A stretch of 64,000 bases of DNA. Source: Candidatus Ozemobacteraceae bacterium (GTDB lineage: Bacteria > Muiribacteriota > Ozemobacteria > Ozemobacterales > Ozemobacteraceae). This document shows positions 58,472 through 64,000 of the stretch, piece by piece. A model generated the notes under the pieces. It was not told the DNA's origin, did no database searches, and worked only from the letters and a program-made list of their open reading frames with translations. Position 1 is the stretch's first letter. Every line of letters begins with the position of its first letter. Where the stretch lies: positions 4,288,001 to 4,352,000 of the forward strand of contig OZ223236.1 in NCBI GenBank assembly GCA_965140445.1, written 5' to 3'. The translations under genes and the position numbers were made by a program.

Positions 58472-59704
58472 ATGATGAAGATTTCTGCCAGAGCAAATGA
58501 AATGCAAGCCTCCCCTATTCGCAAATTGATTCCATTCGCAAATGCTGCGAAAAAAAAGGGAATTAATGTTTTTCCACTGAATATTGGGCAACCCGATATC
58601 CATACCCCTAAGCCAATCCGCGACGCTATACGGGATTTTGATCAAGAAGTGCTAGCATATAGTCCTTCGCAGGGAGAAGATTTCCTTGTTGAAGCATTTT
58701 CTGGTTATTACAGAAAAAATAATATTGCTCTGGAACCAGAAGACATAATCGTAACAACTGGCGGAAGTGAAGCAATTTATTTTGCCTTCCTGTCAATTTG
58801 TGATCTTGGTGATGAAGTAATTGTCTTTGAACCATTTTATACAAATTACAATGGAATGGCCCACCAGACTGGAATTACCCTTAAAGCGTTAACCACTTAC
58901 GCTGAAGATGGATTCCAACTGCCTCCGGTAGAAACCATTGAAAAAGCAATTGGCCCAAAAACCAGAGCTATTTTAATTTGTAATCCTAACAATCCAACCG
59001 GAACTGTTTATTCAAAAGAAGCTCTCGAGGGTTTGGCATATATTGCTAAGAAACACAACATCTATATTATAGCTGATGAAGTTTATCGCGAATTCACCTA
59101 CGACGGATTGAATCACACCTCAATCCTTCAAATCGAAGGAATGGATCAAAATGCAATCTTGATCGACAGTATTTCCAAACGATACGCTGCTTGTGGAGCT
59201 CGTATTGGCGTGATTGCCAGCAAAAACAAAACAGTAATGGATGCCTGCATGAAACTTGCTCAAGCAAGACTTAGCTCTCCAACAGTAGAACAATGGGGTG
59301 CAAGAGCGGGAATTCTTATGGATACATCCTACTTCACACCAATTCTTGAAGAATACCAAAAACGTAGAGATACAGTTATGGAAGGTCTTGCTAAGGCACC
59401 TGGAGTTATCTGCAAAGTTCCAACCGGCGCTTTTTATGTAATAGCAAAGCTTCCAATTCAGGATGCAGAGCATTTTGCTCAATGGATTTTGACTGACTTT
59501 GAATACGAAGGAAGCACAGTATTGGTTGCCCCGGCAGCTGGCTTTTACGTAACAAAGGGACTTGGCAAAGACGAAATTCGAATCAGTTATGTTCTGGAAA
59601 CAGCAAAACTGGCTAAAGCAATGGAAGTTCTTGCCAAAGCAATTATTGCATTCCAGAAAGTGGAAAATGCAACACCAGAATTGGCGGCTCAAGCCGGTGC
59701 TTAA
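58472..59704 (+). CDS. PLP-dependent class I/II aminotransferase (AspC-like)
   Basis: NIGQPD, CNPNNPTG, ADEVYREF, DSISKRYAACGARIG. Confidence 0.93.
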   Translation: MMKISARANEMQASPIRKLIPFANAAKKKGINVFPLNIGQPDIHTPKPIRDAIRDFDQEVLAYSPSQGEDFLVEAFSGYYRKNNIALEPEDIIVTTGGSEAIYFAFLSICDLGDEVIVFEPFYTNYNGMAHQTGITLKALTTYAEDGFQLPPVETIEKAIGPKTRAILICNPNNPTGTVYSKEALEGLAYIAKKHNIYIIADEVYREFTYDGLNHTSILQIEGMDQNAILIDSISKRYAACGARIGVIASKNKTVMDACMKLAQARLSSPTVEQWGARAGILMDTSYFTPILEEYQKRRDTVMEGLAKAPGVICKVPTGAFYVIAKLPIQDAEHFAQWILTDFEYEGSTVLVAPAAGFYVTKGLGKDEIRISYVLETAKLAKAMEVLAKAIIAFQKVENATPELAAQAGA

Positions 59705-60149
59705 TTCAGTTAAACCAGTAATTGATATTCAATTAGATGCCATTGAGGGAGTAAAACTCCCTTCTATGGCGACTGAAGGCTCTGCTGGTTATGATCTTTG
59801 TTCGGCCATAGAAATTGAAATTCCAGCTGGAGAATATGTTAAGGTCCCAACTGGTTTGCGAATTGCGATGCCCCAAGGACTTGAGGCACAGGTTAGACCA
59901 AGATCAGGTCTGGCCGCCAAGCACGGTGTTACAGTATTAAACAGTCCCGGCACCATAGACAGCGACTATCGTGGCGAAATTTGCATTCTTCTGATCAATC
60001 ACGGGAAAAAATCGTTCATGATCGAACCAGGAATGCGAGTTGCACAGTTGATCTTTTCAAAGGTTATCCAGGTAGAATTTCATGAAAAGAACTCGCTTGA
60101 AGACTCAGATAGAGGAACAGGCGGATTTGGCTCAACCGGTACAAAGTAA
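59697..60149 (+). CDS. dut: dUTP diphosphatase
   Basis: SAGYDL, RPRSGLA, GTIDSDYRGE, RVAQL, RGTGGFGSTG; GTG start inferred. Confidence 0.95.
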   Translation: MLNSVKPVIDIQLDAIEGVKLPSMATEGSAGYDLCSAIEIEIPAGEYVKVPTGLRIAMPQGLEAQVRPRSGLAAKHGVTVLNSPGTIDSDYRGEICILLINHGKKSFMIEPGMRVAQLIFSKVIQVEFHEKNSLEDSDRGTGGFGSTGTK

Positions 60150-60161
60150 AGGAAGCTTCGA

Positions 60162-60905
60162 ATGACCAAAAAAAGAATAGTTGTTTCAGGGTGCTGCGGC
60201 AAAATGGGGCAGTTTGTATGTCGTTACATTCAAAACCATGAGAACTTTTCATTGGTGGGCGGCGTTGATCCGCACAAAGCAGGGAAAGACCTGGGAATTG
60301 AAACTGCACAAGAAAGTTTAAACATCCCAATATTAGAAAGCCTCGCTGAAGCGGTAGACAAAAACACCGTAGATGCCGTAATAGACTTCACTATCCCGGC
60401 TGTAGTTGTAGAAAACGCTAAAACTGTTCTTAAAGCTGGTGTTTCAATATTAATCGGCACTACCGGAATCGGAGAAGCAGATAGAAAAATGCTTGAAGAG
60501 CTGTCATTGGCAAATGATTGCTCCGTTTTTATTGTGCCAAACTTTGCTATTGGAGCAATTTTAATGATGGAATTTGCTCAGAAAGCTGCTAAATATATGC
60601 CAGACGCTGAGATTATTGAGCTTCACCACCCGCAAAAGCTTGATAAGCCATCAGGAACAGCCCTTCTTACTCGTCGCGTAATGCTTGAAACAATTGGTAA
60701 ATCAGAAGATTCTGACGCCATCCCCACACATTCAGTGAGACTTCCGGGAATGGTCGCCCACCAGCAGGTTATTTTCGGTGGCATCGGGCAAACACTGACC
60801 ATCCGTCACGATTCTTTAAGCCGCGAATCATTTATGCCTGGAGTTGGACTTGCTCTTGAGCAATTGTTCACCTTTAAAGGCTTGAGAGTTGGACTAAAAC
60901 TTTAA
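60162..60905 (+). CDS. dapB: 4-hydroxy-tetrahydrodipicolinate reductase
   Basis: GCCGKMG, IDFT, IGTTG, ELHHPQKLDKPSGTA, HSVRLPG. Confidence 0.96.
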   Translation: MTKKRIVVSGCCGKMGQFVCRYIQNHENFSLVGGVDPHKAGKDLGIETAQESLNIPILESLAEAVDKNTVDAVIDFTIPAVVVENAKTVLKAGVSILIGTTGIGEADRKMLEELSLANDCSVFIVPNFAIGAILMMEFAQKAAKYMPDAEIIELHHPQKLDKPSGTALLTRRVMLETIGKSEDSDAIPTHSVRLPGMVAHQQVIFGGIGQTLTIRHDSLSRESFMPGVGLALEQLFTFKGLRVGLKL

Positions 60906-60919
60906 TCTTTAAAAATCGC

Positions 60920-60966
60920 AAAGCCATTACAAGCTAATTAAATTTTCGTTTGTAATGGCTTTTTTT
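60920..60966. terminator. Intrinsic terminator after dapB
   Basis: AAAGCCATTACAA..TTGTAATGGCTTTTTT. Confidence 0.75.
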
Positions 60967-61204
60967 ATCTTCCAGTAAGTACATTAATAATCATGTACAA
61001 AATAAAACCATTCATTCCAATTCCTGCAAAAATCAGAGCAATAAATGTTGACCAATATCCAAACGGCTCCTGATCTCTTCTATAATGATGTCTTTGAGTT
61101 GAAATTTCGCCCTCTGTGTAAGCTCTTCTAATTTGCATAAAAAAGAACACACTTAACAAAATAAAAATAATTCCAAACAATATTGCCTGCATCATATTTT
61201 CCAA
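60965..61204 (-). CDS. Small two-TM membrane protein
   Basis: TM..YRRDQEPFGYW..TM; GGGAG RBS. Confidence 0.7.
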   Translation of the reverse strand: MENMMQAILFGIIFILLSVFFFMQIRRAYTEGEISTQRHHYRRDQEPFGYWSTFIALIFAGIGMNGFILYMIINVLTGR

Positions 61205-61252
61205 ACTTTTACTCCCGTAACAGAAAAACTCAAAAAAAGAGTCAGACCAAAT

Positions 61253-61288
61253 AAAAGAAGGTCTCCCAATTCATATGCAGAGACCTTC
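61253..61288 (-). terminator. Putative intrinsic terminator
   Basis: Minus strand GAAGGTCTC..GAGACCTTC-TTTT. Confidence 0.55.
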
Positions 61289-61320
61289 GTCTAATTCACT
61301 TACCTACAAATTCCTGCCAT

Positions 61321-62460
61321 CTATTTGCTCAAAGCCAAAGGAGCCTTAAGCCAGTGCCCCTTTCCATCTTCTTTCATGTAGTAATCAGCTTCTACGTAAA
61401 TCATGGTATGAGCTCCATCAATTTTTATATCATTTGTAAAAGCCACATTACTTCCAATCATTTGCATTTTAACAGCTTTGCCAGCCTTATTAATACAGAA
61501 TACTCTTCTTGGAGTAACAGGCTGTCCGCCTTGATTCATAATCTTAACGGTAACGCCGCCCATCATTGGGTAAGCCTTTGCTACAGGAGTATGAGGGAAC
61601 ACAATAGCCTCATCAATTTCGTCTGCAACACAATATCTATAAGCTGGAGCTCCTGCTGCGTCTTGTTCATGATCTTTTGGGAAATTACCAAACGAGTCGT
61701 GACAGATATAAGCAACTTGCCCATTCTCAAGTTCACCTATTCCAACAACAACTACAGCATGAGTTCCCATAAGGTATTTTTGGGTAGGCATTTCAAATTG
61801 AATATAAAGAGGCCCGTGATCTCTTATAGCTTTTACCAGTTTTGCATCATTCTTTTTGCCAAACCAATGTTTGCTTACAACGGCTTTCCATTTGCCTTCC
61901 ATTGGGTAATCATTTTTGCTGTATTTAAATTCTGATTTGGTAAGAGGATCAAAAATTGTTTCTTCCTTGTCAGATACCAGAATTCTTGAATATCCTTTTG
62001 GTCGGATTGGAACTTTCCAGCCAGTAATTGGACAGGTAGAAAGCATCAAATAGCGAATTTTGTTCCACTTGCCGTTCTTTCTATATCTAACTTCGAGTTT
62101 TCGTGGATTAAAACCTGTTTCTATTTGCCCATTGTTAAAGCTTCTATATGTTGGCAGCTTTCTTCCCATTTCAATTGCCCACCAATCTGCCATTGAAGAA
62201 GCTGCATGGCTTAAACAACTATAAATTGGAGTATTTGGTTCAGGTTTATATTCCCATTTCTCCTGGGGAAATTCTTTATTAAACTGATCAACTCTTTCTT
62301 TTGTTTCTTCCTGATTTTTATGAGGAAGTTTTTTCCAATTCCTGATCATAAAAACTTTTTTGAAGTCTTTTTCCGGGTCACATGGTGTTCCGACTAATGC
62401 CCATGCGCCGCTGGAAACAGCAAAAGCAAAAAGGACGGTTAAAAATCCAATTCTTCTCAT
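61321..62460 (-). CDS. Secreted papain-like cysteine peptidase homolog
   Basis: Signal peptide AWA; SCLSHA, GPL, THAVVVVG, HDSFG. Confidence 0.65.
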   Translation of the reverse strand: MRRIGFLTVLFAFAVSSGAWALVGTPCDPEKDFKKVFMIRNWKKLPHKNQEETKERVDQFNKEFPQEKWEYKPEPNTPIYSCLSHAASSMADWWAIEMGRKLPTYRSFNNGQIETGFNPRKLEVRYRKNGKWNKIRYLMLSTCPITGWKVPIRPKGYSRILVSDKEETIFDPLTKSEFKYSKNDYPMEGKWKAVVSKHWFGKKNDAKLVKAIRDHGPLYIQFEMPTQKYLMGTHAVVVVGIGELENGQVAYICHDSFGNFPKDHEQDAAGAPAYRYCVADEIDEAIVFPHTPVAKAYPMMGGVTVKIMNQGGQPVTPRRVFCINKAGKAVKMQMIGSNVAFTNDIKIDGAHTMIYVEADYYMKEDGKGHWLKAPLALSK

Positions 62461-62654
62461 CTCTATCCCCTAAGGTTTGAATATTTTTTAATTATACCTC
62501 TGTACACCAATTCCGCAAGTTTTGATCGGCCAGATCGGTCTTTTCATCAACAGCAAACGGAACAACTAAAATGAAACTTGAAAAAAATTGGTTTCAAAGA
62601 TAGGATTTAAGCCTTAATTTAAATTGCAACGGGCAATTCCGAACAGGAGATTCA

Positions 62655-63122
62655 ATGGAAAACAATGACATTCTAAGAAGGCTAAGATACGCACTAAACC
62701 TTTCCAATCAACGAGTTATGGATATGGTTGCTCTTAAAGGCAGAAAGATAGACCACCAAACCCTGGAAAGCTATCTCAAAAAGGAAACTGATAGCGGTTT
62801 TGTTCTTTGCCCTGATGAAGTTCTTGAGAATTTTCTGGATGGTCTTATTATAGTTCGACGCGGTCAGAAGGATGAAAAACCTCAGCCAGCCCAAACAGAA
62901 ACCCAGCCTTTTGGAAATACGGAAGTTTTAAAAAAGATCAGAATAGCTTTAGAGCTAAAAGAAGAAGACATGTTAAGCATTTTTGCGCTTACCGATTTTA
63001 AAATTTCAAAAGCTGAACTTTCGGCTCTTTTCCGCCGTAGAGGACACGTAAATTTCAAAAAGTGTGGCGATCAGCTATTAAGAAACTTTCTACTAGGACT
63101 TACCAAAAAATTGCGCGATTAG
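62655..63122 (+). CDS. DUF1456 (YehS-like) protein
   Basis: NNDILRRLRYAL, LKKIRIALEL, ELSALFR, CGDQLLRNFL.GL. Confidence 0.88.
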   Translation: MENNDILRRLRYALNLSNQRVMDMVALKGRKIDHQTLESYLKKETDSGFVLCPDEVLENFLDGLIIVRRGQKDEKPQPAQTETQPFGNTEVLKKIRIALELKEEDMLSIFALTDFKISKAELSALFRRRGHVNFKKCGDQLLRNFLLGLTKKLRD

Positions 63123-63148
63123 ATTTTTAAGAAAGAAATTGAATAGTA

Positions 63149-63628
63149 ATGAGCAAAGAAATAGACCTACACGGCCTGCAAGCCTTTGAGGCGCTTCAGA
63201 AGTTCATTGAATTTTACAACAGACAAATCAAATCTGGAAACAGGTCTCCAATCAATGTAATTCATGGATATGGTTCTACTGGTGAAGGCGGGATTATCAG
63301 AAAAAGATTACGAAATTTTCTGGCAAACCATTCTGACAAGCTAAAATTTATCTTTGGAGAATCCATTGATTTTAGAAATTGCGGCAGAACAGTTGTCACT
63401 CCAATTTTGCCTCTTCCAAGCGCAACCGACATCTTGTCCCAGGAAATACTCAGCTTTTGTGATGCTCCACGGACAAAAACCAAAATTTCCGGAAAATTCC
63501 GTAAATATGGGGAAGAACAAATTTTAAAATCAATTAAAAGCCTTGAAAAATCAGGCTTTCTTTTCACTTTTTACAAAGGAAAATATAAGGTTTTCTGTAC
63601 CAGGCCAGAGGAAAATGAAAAAGCATAA
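63149..63628 (+). CDS. Smr/MutS2-domain protein with C-terminal wHTH-like extension
   Basis: IDLHGL, VIHGYG, NCGRT. Confidence 0.85.
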   Translation: MSKEIDLHGLQAFEALQKFIEFYNRQIKSGNRSPINVIHGYGSTGEGGIIRKRLRNFLANHSDKLKFIFGESIDFRNCGRTVVTPILPLPSATDILSQEILSFCDAPRTKTKISGKFRKYGEEQILKSIKSLEKSGFLFTFYKGKYKVFCTRPEENEKA

Positions 63629-64000
63629 AAAGCTTATAATCTCCCCTTTTCTAACAGAAATATCAAAATCAGAGGCAAAATTGCTTTTTCAAAATAGCTC
63701 TGAGTGGAATTTTTTTGCTTCAAAAATCACGGGCAGCGCTGAAGTAAAAAAATCTTTGGAGCAAAAACAACGACACATTTGTCCTGTTTGTGGACAGAAG
63801 CTTCACACTGACACCAAAAACAACAGCATACATCACATAAGCTACAATCATAGCTGTATGATACTCCAGGAGCCTTTTTCCAAAGTTTTACACAAAGAAA
63901 GATGTAATTTTTGCAAAAACTCTTTCACAAATTATTTTGATAAATGTTTATCCAGATTAATCCTTGTACACAACCGCTGTCACAAGAATCTCCACCCATC
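63615..64000 (+). CDS. Partial HNH-like Zn-binding protein (runs off the window; not in the ORF track)
   Basis: Manual translation: CPVCG..IHHISY..CNFC..LVHNRCHKNLH. Confidence 0.65.
   Translation, partial: MKKHKKLIISPFLTEISKSEAKLLFQNSSEWNFFASKITGSAEVKKSLEQKQRHICPVCGQKLHTDTKNNSIHHISYNHSCMILQEPFSKVLHKERCNFCKNSFTNYFDKCLSRLILVHNRCHKNLHP

Noticed and set aside
59120..59692. 190-aa antisense ORF (also 61354-61935, 10642-11025 and 32870-33286)
   Set aside because: Shadow ORFs opposite well-supported genes, with no recognisable motifs

Overview
AT-rich bacterial chromosomal window with two zones. (1) About 1-14.3 kb is a minus-strand integron gene-cassette array with 11 attC sites in three sequence families and 10 complete cassettes. 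Each cassette's two end boxes are complementary over 7-12 bp (one mismatch in one cassette). No integron integrase lies at the expected (right) end, so it looks like a CALIN. One cassette is about 5.45 kb and holds a six-gene ECF sigma / anti-sigma / Spy-CpxP-like / MacAB-type exporter module; another encodes an ApeA-like HEPN protein. (2) About 14.6-64 kb is backbone. It holds a K+ channel and a 1906-aa duplicated membrane protein with an internal type IV prepilin cleavage motif and an internal signal-peptide-like segment (candidate polyprotein), followed by an M50 peptidase. Next come an adenylate cyclase, a luciferase-free GNAT-luxE-luxC/paaK operon, and xerC-hslV-hslU (hslU frameshifted in an A run). 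These run into flgBC-fliEFG-(FliG-C-only)-fliHIJ, a lytic transglycosylase lacking its catalytic Glu, and a FlbB/YlxF-like gene. The remainder has a Ser/Thr kinase, nadE, three paralogous FN3/beta-helix lipoproteins, an aminotransferase, dut, dapB and small genes. All product calls come from motif recognition by eye, not database searches.
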